Shown: piece after piece, positions 1 through 11,543 of the stretch
How the letters are laid out: each line of letters begins with the position of its first letter
How positions within the stretch are numbered: position 1 is the stretch's first letter
NCBI RefSeq assembly: GCF_001194135.2
Contig: NC_068999.1
Span: 49,823,651-49,859,248, forward strand
From: Octopus bimaculoides
Lineage: Eukaryota
Length of the DNA: 35,598 nt
Direction of reading: 5' to 3'
Notes under the pieces: generated by a model
Database searches by the model: none
The model's input: only the letters and a program-made list of their open reading frames with translations
What the model was told of the DNA's origin: nothing
Program-made: the position numbers and the translations under genes

Positions 1-43
<43 letters not shown>
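1..43. repeat. (TA)n microsatellite
   Basis: Direct reading; pure AT dinucleotide run at window start. Confidence 0.95.
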
Positions 44-46
<3 letters not shown>

Positions 47-356
47 GTACTACATATATAGAGAGGGAGACAGACAGACAGACAGACAGTTGTAAGGGTG
101 GAATGAGAGAAAGCTGTAAATACATTTATTATATGTGCAGCTGTACTCTTGCGTATATCATTCGGTTGCCAATTTCCTATGACATGGTCTTCACAACTTC
201 CCCCCTCATATCTCACTTTCCCATCGATTCTAAACACGGAACATCCTGGCCGAGTAATAAATCATGTATATGCGTACGCTTGCTTCGTGCATGGATTTGT
301 ATGTGAATGTGGATCTTTGTATGTGCATGTGGGCGTCTGTGTGTGTACGTGTTTCT

Positions 357-387
<31 letters not shown>

Positions 388-699
388 CATTTCTCCACCT
401 GTGTAGGATTTTAGGAAATAAATGAAGATCTTTTGCAACAATCTATCACATGTCCATGCACTAACCCTTAGTGTCGTGTGCTGCAGCCAGAAGGATCGTC
501 GTGCCGCTTCGCTGACTTCACATACATACATACATACATGCATACATACATACATTCATACATATTCATACATTTTTAAATATATGTATATCCATGTACA
601 CATACACACACACATACACACATATATATAATTAACAGATGATATCGAGAGAATCCCAATATAGAAAACACTTTGTTGCGCTCAAATGATTTGAACTTG

Positions 700-701
<2 letters not shown>

Positions 702-743
<42 letters not shown>

Positions 744-960
744 CTCTCTCTTTCTCTCTCTTTCTCTCTCTCTTTCTATCTCTCTTTCTCNNNNNNNNNN
801 NNNNNNNNNNNNNNNNNNNNNNNNNNNNNNNNNNNNNNNNNNNNNNNNNNNNNNNNNNNNNNNNNNNNNNNNNNNNNNNNNNNNNNNNTATATATATATA
901 TATATATATATGGATAGATAGATAGATAGATTGATTGATAGATTGATAGATAGATAGATT
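702..960. repeat. (CT)n, assembly gap (791-888), (TA)n and (GATA)n compound microsatellite
   Basis: Direct reading. Confidence 0.9.
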
Positions 961-1004
961 TTTTATTATTGATTATATATATGTGTGTGTATATAAGAAG
1001 CAGG

Positions 1005-1082
1005 CCAGTACTGGAGTTGATGAAATCGACTGCCCCTCTTCCTCCAATATTTCAGACCTTGTACCAGTTGTCAAAATTATTC
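1005..1082 (+). mobile_element. SINE family A, 3' fragment
   Basis: CCAGTACTGGAGTTGATGAAATCGACT...CAGACCTTGTACC resembles the tails of the copies at 15453-15674, 16263-16436 and 20429-20656. Confidence 0.55.
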
Positions 1083-1139
1083 ATTGGAGAAGATAAAATA
1101 AAGTTTGCATTTGCATATATATATATATATGGGAGAATT

Positions 1140-1340
1140 TAAGAACAAAACAACAGACGAAGACAGGTGGTGTAAACAACAAATGGATGTATTAGTTTAA
1201 CGCTCGGGAATAGAGAAAGTCTTTGACGTTTCGAGCCTACGCTCTTCAACTGAAAGGAACACAGAAAAAAATAAAGAGAGAAACAAGGAGAAAGATATAT
1301 AAATGTAGTGGTCAGCGATCTATTATGGCGAATGCCGGAC
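1140..1340 (-). mobile_element. Penelope-like terminal repeat fragment with degenerate hammerhead motif (1219-1256)
   Basis: Minus strand reads CCTTT-CAGTTGA-A-GAGC-GTAG-GCTC-GAAA-CGTC-AAAG: stem II 4 bp, palindromic ACGT stem III, GUC site, 4-bp stem I. Core differs from CUGAnGA at two positions. PLE assignment is inference from the known PLE-HHR association. Confidence 0.5.
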
Positions 1341-3639
1341 ATATATAATTCAACTCTTCACTCTAGTGTAAGACGAATTTTTGAAAATTCAACACCATCT
1401 TAATTTTATTAAGCATAGCGATTTTTCCACTCCTCTTTTTAAGCCTTCACATCCCCGGTTCCCCCCCTCCCGGATGGTGGAGTGATTGTAACCCACCCAG
1501 CTCTCTTCCTAATGAGAAACACTCGATTACGGTAACAAACACCAGAATTGTGATATTCCATCCACTGAATTTGCAAAATATTTCCAATGAATTTGGGGAT
1601 AGGTTTTGCTAGAAACAACGCCTAGATTAATTCCACAATGTTTTGGATTACTTTACGAAATGTCATTATTGATGCCAAAACAACAGGAAAAATAGAAAAC
1701 AGAAAATACTTCCAATATAAAATTCATGTTTATGATTTTTCTATTTATTTATTTATTTATTGTCACAGAAAAACATCTGTTTTCAATTATGGTAAATAAT
1801 ACAAAAAGAATCTAAAGTTAGAAATAGAAAAGTAATCTGATTTAATGCAAGGAAGAATATTTATTTCGAATTATTGATAATGGAGTTTGTTGTCGGTTCG
1901 GTTGAATCTTGTGTAGAAGTTGTTCATACACAATAGGGAAATTAGAATGAATAGACCGTATATGGCTAGTTTAAATGGTTTTAATTTTCATACACGATTA
2001 TAAGAGAATAAGATGAAAAAGTAGTCTTTGATTTCATAGAATATCATTCCATTTGGACAAGTCATATTTAACGAAGAGCTTTACTGAAATTTCAGTCTTT
2101 GCTTTTAGCGGATAATTCATGATTGATTGGGAAGAATCAAAGCTATCCTTTAGTGGGTTAGATGCTAATGTGCTGCACTATGAACCGAAATGATGTTTAA
2201 AACTACTCTGTGCCTGGGTTCCAGTCTAAGGCTTTACTCTGCTTGTTAACACTGCCTGGTGCTGATGCAGCTGAATTTTTCCTGGCCTTGCGGTCCATTG
2301 GTGCAACTCAGTCAATGTTGTTGGCTGTGTGTTAGTTAAATCTACGGCTCTAAATCAGCCCAGGTTTGCTTCTCTTCAGTATTTCACATTCATAACGGCT
2401 TAAAAGCTAGAAACTGCTCAGAATTGACCTTTTACCGTAAGAGATAACGTATGTGTGTACGTATGTATGTATGTATGTATGTATGTATGTACGTATGCAT
2501 ATATGTATGTATGTATTCCCACCCTTTCCCTATTCTTCTCTCCCTTTCACCGTTCTCTCTCTCTCTCACTCTTTCTCCTTGACTCTCTCGTCGCTGACAC
2601 GTGACGAAAGGGGATCTATGCTTCTGTCCATTTCCTTCCTAAAGAAAAGACGTGCCTTTTCCTGTCTTCTCTCATGGCTCGTCTACCTAGCGTTCATAAT
2701 AATTTTTCTATCATCTTGGCTCAACAGCCCTCACCGTTTGTTTTTACTGTCTTGTTCTCACTGTCTTTACTGTCTTGTTCTCACTGTCCTGTTCTTGTTA
2801 ACACTTTCACCCACCGCAAAAAATCCCAAATTTTATTTAATTTGNNNNNNNNNNNNNNNNNNNNNNNNNNNNNNNNNNNNNNNNNNNNNNNNNNNNNNNN
2901 NNNNNNNNNNNNNNNNNNNNNNNNNNNNNNNNNNNNNNNNNNNNNNNNNNNNNNNNNNNNNNNNNNNNNNNNNNNNNNNNNNNNNNNNNNNNNNNNNNNN
3001 NNNNNNNNNNNNNNNNNNNNNNNNNNNNNNNNNNNNNNNNNNNNNNNNNNNNNNNNNNNNNNNNNNNNNNNNNNNNNNNNNNNNNNNNNNNNNNNNNNNN
3101 NNNNNNNNNNNNNNNNNNNNNNNNNNNNNNNNNNNNNNNNNNNNNNNNNNNNNNNNNNNNNNNNNNNNNNNNNNNNNNNNNNNNNNNNNNNNNNNNNNNN
3201 NNNNNNNNNNNNNNNNNNNNNNNNNNNNNNNNNNNNNNNNNNNNNNNNNNNNNNNNNNNNNNNNNNNNNNNNNNNNNNNNNNNNNNNNNNNNNNNNNNNN
3301 NNNNNNNNNNNNNNNNNNNNNNNNNNNNNNNNNNNNNNNNNNNNNNNNNNNNNNNNNNNNNNNNNNNNNNNNNNNNNNNNNNNNNNNNNNNNNNNNNNNN
3401 NNNNNNNNNNNNNNNNNNNNNNNNNNNNNNNNNNNNNNNNNNNNNNNNNNNNNNNNNNNNNNNNNNNNNNNNNNNNNNNNNNNNNNNNNNNNNNNNNNNN
3501 NNNNNNNNNNNNNNNNNNNNNNNNNNNNNNNNNNNNNNNNNNNNNNNNNNNACGTAAATTCTCCTATACGATGGAATGTATATTTTACTTCCGTGTGAAT
3601 TGTACTTTCCATTTCAAAAGATGTTTATGTAGAGGAACC

Positions 3640-4217
3640 TACAGACGCGCGCGTGCGGGTATGTATACGTATATCACACACATACGTACTCACTTGCAAC
3701 GATTCACACGCATATATGTGCGCACATGTTCGTGTGTGTGTGTGTGTATGTGTGTGTGCATGTATGTACGTGTGTGTGTGTATGTGTGTGTGTGTGTGTG
3801 TGGCTGTTGCTTGCGGACATAGAGACTCACAAATATACATTCGCATTTGTATGGCTCTCGTTGCCAGACATACATGCATACATATACAAACACATACATT
3901 CATATACCTATTCATACATACACACACATACATATATAAGGATACATACATTCCAGTATTATATATATATGTATATACATATATATATATCCATGCATAC
4001 ATATATATATACATATATATACACACACATATATATATACGTATACACATACGTGCATACATACATATACATACACATACATACACACACATACATACAA
4101 ATATACGTACATGTATACATACATACACACATACATGCATACATAGATACAACATACATACACACACATACATAAATACATACATGCATACATACATACA
4201 TACATACATACATACAT
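3640..4217. repeat. Compound (TG)n/(CA)n/(TA)n/(CATA)n low-complexity tract
   Basis: Direct reading; source of several spurious CV/HT/YI ORFs. Confidence 0.9.
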
Positions 4218-4477
4218 GAAATCCACAAACAAAAATAACAAGCTCTAAGCTCCTATTCCTGTTTCCTCTCTAACCTTCTCGCTATGTTTTCGCCTCTCCC
4301 ATTTGTCGCTTGTTCTACTTGGCATTTACACAGAGAACAATAGCTTCCATTGCAAGAATTTTAAACTGTAAAAGTTATCTTCCTGCAACAAATTTTGGCA
4401 GATACTTCTTGACAGAATTCCTACATGGTTCTCATCAGCAATGTTTATTGATTGCTGCAACAGAGGAAAACCGCCTA

Positions 4478-4608
4478 TGATGATGATGATGATGATGATG
4501 GGGGTTCATGATGTTGATGATTATGATGATGGGGGTTCATGATGTTGATGATTATGATAATGATTGTGAGAATGATGATGATGCTGAAGACGACGACGAC
4601 GACGATGA
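4478..4608. repeat. (GAT)n/(GAC)n microsatellite containing a 31-bp tandem duplication (4500-4558)
   Basis: GGGGGTTCATGATGTTGATGATTATGAT occurs at 4500 and 4531. Confidence 0.9.
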
Positions 4609-4621
4609 GGAGAAATAGAAG

Positions 4622-4663
4622 TATATTTAACGTTTCGGTTGTAAACCTTTCATCAGAAATACA
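4622..4663 (-). ncRNA. Minimal type I hammerhead ribozyme candidate, intact core
   Basis: Minus strand: TGTATTT-CTGATGA-AA-GGTT-TAC-AACC-GAAA-CGTT-AAATATA. Stem I 7 bp (one G-U), stem II 4 bp, palindromic ACGU stem III, GUU site; two extra A after the core. Confidence 0.6.
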
Positions 4664-5169
4664 GAAAAAACAGAATTATCAGAAAAATCCAAAACAGAAA
4701 AAATTGTAGGGAAGACAGAATAACAATGTAATCAAATGTAACAATTCCTTTCTCTTCTTTATTGCCACCTACAAGTTACAGCCAATCGTACAAACCCATG
4801 CTGGGTAAAAAAAAAAAAGAAGTTAAAAGCAAGATAACAAATATGAAAATAACATCAGTAAAGAATCAGGAAGAATTAAAGCTACAACTTTGCGAAGAAT
4901 ATGCGACAGAGAGAGAAGAAAACTACAAATGGGGAAAAATGTAATTAGATAAAGAAGAATATACACTAAAGAAATGGTTGTATGAATGAATAAAAACAAA
5001 ATATGCACTCAGAAAAAAAAAAAACATGGAAAATATAACAAAAACTGAAACACAAATAAATACGCTTATGTAGAAAATGAATGAAAATATCTGTGAAGCA
5101 AGATGGCGACAGAATGCGTTGTATGCTTGTGTGTGCCAATATGTGTGTATATGTATACATGAGTATATA

Positions 5170-5201
<32 letters not shown>

Positions 5202-6642
5202 NNNNNNNNNNNNNNNNNNNNNNNNNNNNNNNNNNNNNNNNNNNNNNNNNNNNNNNNNNNNNNNNNNNNNNNNNNNNNNNNNNNNNNNNNNNNNNNNNNN
5301 NNNNNNNNNNNNNNNNNNNNNNNNNNNNNNNNNNNNNNNNNNNNNNNNNNNNNNNNNNNNNNNNNNNNNNNNNNNNNNNNNNNNNNNNNNNNNNNNNNNN
5401 NNNNNNNNNNNNNNNNNNNNNNNNNNNNNNNNNNNNNNNNNNNNNNNNNNNNNNNNNNNNNNNNNNNNNNNNNNNNNNNNNNNNNNNNNNNNNNNNNNNN
5501 NNNNNNNNNNNNNNNNNNNNNNNNNNNNNNNNNNNNNNNNNNNNNNNNNNNNNNNNNNNNNNNNNNNNNNNNNNNNNNNNNNNNNNNNNNNNNNNNNNNN
5601 NNNNNNNNNNNNNNNNNNNNNNNNNNNNNNNNNNNNNNNNNNNNNNNNNNNNNNNNNNNNNNNNNNNNNNNNNNNNNNNNNNNNNNNNNNNNNNNNNNNN
5701 NNNNNNNNNNNNNNNNNNNNNNNNNNNNNNNNNNNNNNNNNNNNACATATACCAGAAAGGAAGAGTGGTAAAAACATTAAACGTTATCGAGAAAGAAAAA
5801 AGGTTATACAATACAGAGAAGAATCAGGTTAAAGAAAGAAAAAAAGTTAGAAACAAAAGAAAGAAAGAAAGAAAGAAAATAAAGAAAGAGAACGAACAGA
5901 AGAAAGACAGTAAATAGAGCTAAAAACAAATAGATTTCAGACAAAAGAAATGTAAGAGCAAAGTGAACGAGAAATACGGAGTGAAAAAGGAAGAGCCAAT
6001 GGAAACAACTAGGGAAAAAAAAAAAAAAAATTTATAAAAAAGTGATTTAAAGAAAAACAAACGAAGGAACAGCGGACAGAGGAAAAGTATGGGAAAAGAA
6101 AAGCAAAGGAAATGAAGGAACAGATTGCTAAGCATAAATAAAGCTCGCGTTCTGTGTGTGAGTGTGTGTGTGTGCGTGTGTGTGCGTGTGTGTGTGTACG
6201 CACGCGTGTATAAATGTGTTGAATGTATGTATGTATGTAAACATGCATATATATGCATATAAATACGTGCATGTGTATACATATACATTACATATAACCA
6301 AAGAACCTCATGTGTATAAATATATACGTGTGTATGTGTGTATGTATGTATGTATGTATGTATGTATAGATAGTCCGTATAAATACTGTAGGCACATATG
6401 TGAATACCTTCACGGTATGGTACAGTCATACATAAATACTTATATAGAGAGATACATACACACACATATAGGCAAATATACGTATGCGCACACCTGCAAA
6501 CTTTCTATGTAGCTGTATCATTATCGAGCTATCTATCTATATATATATGTATATATGTATATATGTATATATGTATATATATGCATATAACTGTATATAC
6601 AAATATATATGTGTGTATATATACATATACATATATAATACA

Positions 6643-6685
<43 letters not shown>

Positions 6686-6695
6686 NNNNNNNNNN

Positions 6696-6737
<42 letters not shown>

Positions 6738-7332
6738 TTATATTGAACAAAATGAAAAAAGAGGAGTGTGGGAAAATTCCTGAAGGTAAAATTGAAAAAA
6801 GGTCTGAAGAAACAGAAACTACAATGTTCTGTTCGTGATGTTACAAAATTAACAAATGAAAAATCTGAGAAAAATGTTTAATTCCAACAAATTAGTGGGT
6901 ATGTCAACGGGAATGGTGGTTAGATTCTGTAGTGAACTTACATACATGCATACACACATATCCACATATATACATTCATACATATATATATATACACGTA
7001 CATACATACGCACACACGTACTCGCATGCATGTATGCATACATGCATAAATACATACATACATACATACATACAAACTTTCACGCTTAGATACTTTCATA
7101 TATAAATATATACAAACATACATGCATAGACACACACGTACGCACATACGCCATATCATGCCATCGGACTTTATCTTCTTGATGGAAGCGTAGGGACACA
7201 ATTGTGGCATGCGGCGTGTCTTGGTCATTTTAGACGCGGCGGATATCATCCTTCTCCAGCATTGATTACTGTCAAAGTGGCCGACAAAAAGAAAGGGATA
7301 TAGAAAAAGAAAATATCTGCCTTTTGTGAAGA

Positions 7333-7405
7333 ACTTTATTTATCCATCCCAAGATTATGAAAGGCAAAGCTGACCTCGGTGCAAAATTTAAACTCAGTAC
7401 GTGGA
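7333..7405 (-). mobile_element. SINE family A, degraded internal fragment
   Basis: ATGAAAGGCAAAGCTGACCTCGGTGCAAAATTTAAACTCAG is the reverse complement of the B-box region of 20429-20656. Confidence 0.6.
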
Positions 7406-7683
7406 ACCATGGAACAATTACCACAATGCAATCTAACTGATATTCTAACGCCTTCATCAATTGAGTGCCTTAGAGATCCGTTTTAAACAACATTAACACT
7501 TTACAATCGAAATGACTCCACCTGTGTATCTGAAAACCTTACCTATGCTCAAGTTTAAAGAGAACAATATTGGTCAAACTCGGGTGTCCTTAAGACAACG
7601 CATAACTCTACATGCATTACACTTTAAAATGTAGGAATACAGACGAATAAAACACGTGCTAGAAAGAAACAGTTAAATTTTAC

Positions 7684-7684
<1 letters not shown>

Positions 7685-7714
<30 letters not shown>

Positions 7715-7724
7715 AAGAAGAAGA
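7685..7724. repeat. (GAA)n microsatellite
   Basis: Direct reading. Confidence 0.95.
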
Positions 7725-7841
7725 CGTTGATGACTATAATGTCGATGTGGCATAAGAGCAGTAGCATCTGAAAGAACAGTAGAAAAGCTACAATGAGGGC
7801 GAAGGGAGTGATAAGGGAGGTGATTTTGATGGTTGTGATAT

Positions 7842-7918
7842 TGATGATGATGATGATGATGACGACGACGACGAGGAGGAGGAGGAGGAGGAGAAGTAGG
7901 AGGAGGAGTAGGAGGAGG
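7842..7918. repeat. Graded (GAT)n-(GAC)n-(GAG)n microsatellite
   Basis: Direct reading. Confidence 0.9.
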
Positions 7919-8367
7919 AAAATTGTGATGATGATATTAACGACATTGAAAACGATGACGACAACAACGACGTCTACGTTAAAAGCTTAAAGAAATTCCG
8001 AACTACAACACGAAAAGAGAGAAGGGAATAAAAAGAAGAAGAGCAATTAAAAACACTACTTTTGTGTAGGATTCTGCTAAACCAATTTTATTGTATTGTA
8101 TTTGGGTGAAATTCTTTAGAATGTAACCAAAGCGGAACAATTCGTCAAACGTGATGTTGAAAGCCACAACGGATTTAACGGAGACTACGAAACTTTAATC
8201 CCAAACTTACGTCCGCCCGACCTCACTCACACACACACATACATACACACACATACACAAACAAACACACACACACACACACACATACACACACACATAT
8301 ATATAAAGAGAGAGAGAGAATTATAATTGGTGTATTATGAAATTGTATCTATTTATGTGAGTTCCTC

Positions 8368-8417
<50 letters not shown>

Positions 8418-8734
8418 TGTGTGTGTGTATGCACGGGATATCAACAACCTTTCGAGTGGAAGTAGTATGTGTGTGTCTATATGTGCATATATATATATAT
8501 GTATATANNNNNNNNNNNNNNNNNNNNNNNNNNNNNNNNNNNNNNNNNNNNNNNNNNNNNNNNNNNNNNNNNNNNNNNNNNNNNNNNNNNNNNNNNNNNN
8601 NNNNNNNNNNNNNNNNNNNNNNNNNNNNNNNNNNNNNNNNNNNNNNNNNNNNNNNNNNNNNNNNNNNNNNNNNNNNNNNNNNNNNNNNNNNNNNNNNNNN
8701 NNNNNNNNNNNNNNNNNNNNNNNNNNNNNATATA

Positions 8735-8784
<50 letters not shown>

Positions 8785-9499
8785 TATATTTACACAATCA
8801 TGACGTATGTTTGCATGCACATGTGAATGCGTGCAGTGTGCACGTTTGTGTTTATATATATTTGTCATCATCTTCATCATCGTCTGTCTTTTGCAAATTG
8901 CTTCTAATGACGTCAAAGAATGCCATAAAGAAAGAAAAGCCATTACGGCGCAAAATATTTCTTTTAATCTCACTAATTATAAAAACATTTAATGCTAATT
9001 ACTTAATTACAAAACCTTAATATGCTGTTGCAGGTACGTACTGAAATGTCATTTTTGTCGCCATCAGCCAATAGCTTGCTTCATTCCATCACCCACTAAA
9101 CTTCACCTCGTCTTTCAAAGAACCAAACAAAGAAAAGTAAAAAACAGTAAGAATTACAATGTAAAAATAAATAGGAACAATAACAGCAAAAATAAATGAC
9201 AAAATTGTATAGAGACGAATATATTCTGTATTCTATATTCTGTAAATAGCGAGAGGATGCTAGAATTAGAGAAGCAGATGACGAAAGAGAAGTGCTGTTT
9301 CTTGCATTACAAACCTATAAGAAATATGCTTGCTAAGTCTAAACATGCGTTCTACTTATAGAAATTGTGGCGACGCTGCTTGCAATAAATCATCTTCGTT
9401 AAATACATAGCACTCAACGTGCTGCTTGATTGTTAATAGTAAATGGTTAACGGTTACCATATGATTATTTAGTTAACCATTAACCAGTATATGAGTTGC

Positions 9500-9730
9500 T
9501 TTTTACTTTTTACGTGTTTCAGCCATTAGACAACTGCGGCCATGTTAGGGCACCACCTTGCAGAATTTGTAGCCGACTGAATCGACTCCACTACTTGTTT
9601 TTAAAAAAATTTATCCATTTTTTTATATATAAAGGTTTTATAAGACTGGTACTTATTCAGTTGGATCTATTTACCGAACCGCTTAGTTACGAGGATGTAA
9701 ACATAACACTGTTGTCAAGCGATGATGGAA
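9500..9730 (-). mobile_element. SINE family B, 3' half
   Basis: CTGCGGCCATG...GGTACTTATTC...CCGAACCGCTTAGTTACGAGGATGTAAACA...GTTGTCAAGCGATG is the reverse complement of 32042-32203. Confidence 0.75.
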
Positions 9731-9926
9731 TACAATCACAAACACAAAGCACACAGACACACGTGCGCACGCACAGATACACACACACTCATGTATAGAC
9801 ACACACGCACTCATGTATAGACACACACAGGTGACCACATAAATGCAAAATAAAGTGAACAAAATAGTACTCGAATACCAAAAGTAGAGTAATATGCTTT
9901 TATTAAAGCTGCAAAATTGTCACAAA

Positions 9927-9968
9927 AACTCTTACTCAGAGTTTCACGCTCCCCTTCGTCAGACAGTT
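9927..9968 (-). ncRNA. Hammerhead candidate, left arm of palindrome
   Basis: Minus strand: AACTGT-CTGACGA-AGG-GGAG-CGT-GAAA-CTCTGAG-TA-AGAGTT. Intact core, GUA site, one mismatch each in stems I and II. Confidence 0.55.
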
Positions 9969-9997
9969 GTGATGAAAACACAAACATTTTTCATCAC

Positions 9998-10039
9998 AAC
10001 TCTCCGACAAACGGGAACGTGAAACTCTGAGTATGTGTT
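9998..10039 (+). ncRNA. Degenerate hammerhead, right arm of palindrome
   Basis: AACTCT-CCGACAA-ACG-GGAA-CGT-GAAA-CTCTGAG-TA. Perfect stem II with GNRA loop, but two core substitutions and a disrupted stem I. Confidence 0.45.
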
Positions 10040-10097
10040 TTGTGATAATTTTGCAGCTTTAATAAAAGCATATATATATATATATATCATAGATACT

Positions 10098-10136
10098 GGC
10101 GTGGCTGTGTGGTGATATGCTTGTTTCCCGACCATA
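10098..10136 (+). mobile_element. SINE family B, 5' head fragment
   Basis: GGCGTGGCTGTGTGGT...GCTTGTTTCCCGACCA resembles the 21083 head. Confidence 0.55.
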
Positions 10137-10147
10137 TAATATTAGGT

Positions 10148-10305
10148 CATGTATGTATGTCTCTGCTATTTTTTAATTGTTATAAATCTTCCACTGAGAG
10201 GGGAAGCGGTTTCCAACAAAGATACAAAGCACCATCTTTGGGATGTAGTTAACACAGACACATTCACATTTGGAACTTGAGAAAAGTCTTGCATATTTTT
10301 ACTGT
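10148..10305 (-). mobile_element. R4/Dong-like RLE non-LTR retrotransposon, extreme 3' end (subfamily 1)
   Basis: Minus strand encodes TVKICKTFLKFQM* (stop 10264-10266) followed by a 3'UTR homologous to 11406-11490 and a CATACATAC tail. Confidence 0.75.
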
Positions 10306-11101
10306 ATATATTTCTTAAAGTTATAAATTTAAGAAACAGTCGTGCCAATTCAGATTTTTTAGCCGCAAAGCTATAAACGAAATTTTGTTACTAACAGATA
10401 TCTGTTACAAAACCGACCTACATATAAGTAGCCAATATCACTTGTTATATGATAAATATCTTAGCCATTTTTAAATACAAGTAATGCAGAGAAAAGGATA
10501 TGGTCGTAGCTAGACGTGATCGCAAATAGGTTTTTCTACTCCAGATAATAACCATTGCATTCACTTAATATCACATTGCTTTTTGGAGAGGCATTAATGT
10601 TACAACAAACCATTTCCTAGTCTACAAATATCAGACATCATGTCTAATCGAAAGGAAACAATGGCTGCTTCAGTGAACATTTGGCTTTTAAGAATTCCCA
10701 AAACCTAAAAGAATAAATCGATATACGATAAGTCTTCTACTGAAAGGATTAATTCACTAATAACACTTGGGATTTAAATACCCTCTGTTAAACACGTATA
10801 TGTTATTAGTATGTGTATACTTTGAAGTATCATGAAAGCTTTGTTACAATAGAGATATCCAAGACTGTATAGCGTCCGCCTACATTGACGCAATCCCGTT
10901 TGATACAGCGTTATCGCAAGATAATATTCCACTGACAATAAATATATTTCGAATTTCATCTTACCAAGGTCGATAAAATAAACACTTTTAAGTTACTGGG
11001 ATCTTTCAGTCAATAAATACGTTCTTCTGTCATAAAAGAATATATAATGTATCTAAAAACTACGTCCTTATATGTGCGTATATGCTATGTACATATACGC
11101 A

Positions 11102-11240
11102 GGCGCAGTTATGGCTGCATGGTTAAGAAAATCGCTTTGCTATCATGTGGTTTCGGGCTAAGTTCTACTGTACTGGGTCGATGTAATCGATTTACCCCCT
11201 CGCCGAAATTGGTGGCATTGTGCCAAAATTTGAAACGAAT
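11102..11240 (+). mobile_element. Composite SINE: family B head joined to family A tail
   Basis: GGCGCAGTTATGGCTGCATGGTTAAGAA... followed by ACTGGGTCGATGTAATCGATTTACCCC...TTGTGCCAAAATTTGAAAC. Confidence 0.6.
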
Positions 11241-11249
11241 GTTATATTT

Positions 11250-11530
11250 ACGAAACTTCTAACTGAATCTGGAATAAACTGGGATTTTCTGGATGAACTT
11301 GGATTTTCAGAAAGAGTGACTGACCGGCTAATTCGTACATTAGAAGTGCAATCTGTGAATGGAACAGAAAATATCTGCAAAACTTTTTTCAAGTTCCAAA
11401 TGTGAATTTGTCTGTTACCTACATCCCAAAGATGGAGCCTTGTATCTTTGTTGGAAACCGACTCAGTGGAAGATTTATAATAATTAAAAAGAGATATGCA
11501 TGCATACATACATACATACATACAAACATA
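11250..11530 (+). mobile_element. R4/Dong-like RLE non-LTR retrotransposon, 5'-truncated 3' end (subfamily 1)
   Basis: ...LDELGFSERVTDRLIRTLEVQSVNGTENICKTFFKFQM* (stop 11403-11405) is homologous to the C-terminus of ORF 11580-11936; 3'UTR followed by (CATA)n. Confidence 0.75.
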
Positions 11531-11543
11531 AGCCGTAGCCACT

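Larger units (their letters stand above)
9892..10073. repeat. Long inverted repeat (87/86-bp arms, 9-nt spacer, about 90% identity) made of two inverted hammerhead-bearing units
   Basis: Manual alignment of 9892-9978 with the reverse complement of 9988-10073: 8 substitutions and 1 indel. Confidence 0.9.

Noticed and set aside
2600-2660. GTGACGA...GAAA hammerhead-like motif
   Set aside because: C3 altered, unpaired linker before GAAA, no valid stem III/UH.
4405-4445. Minus-strand CTGATGA...GAAT motif
   Set aside because: GAAU instead of GAAA and no stem II.
10392-10407. 16-bp perfect palindrome TAACAGATATCTGTTA, and 23-bp tandem duplication at 2743-2788
   Set aside because: Short isolated features without supporting context.
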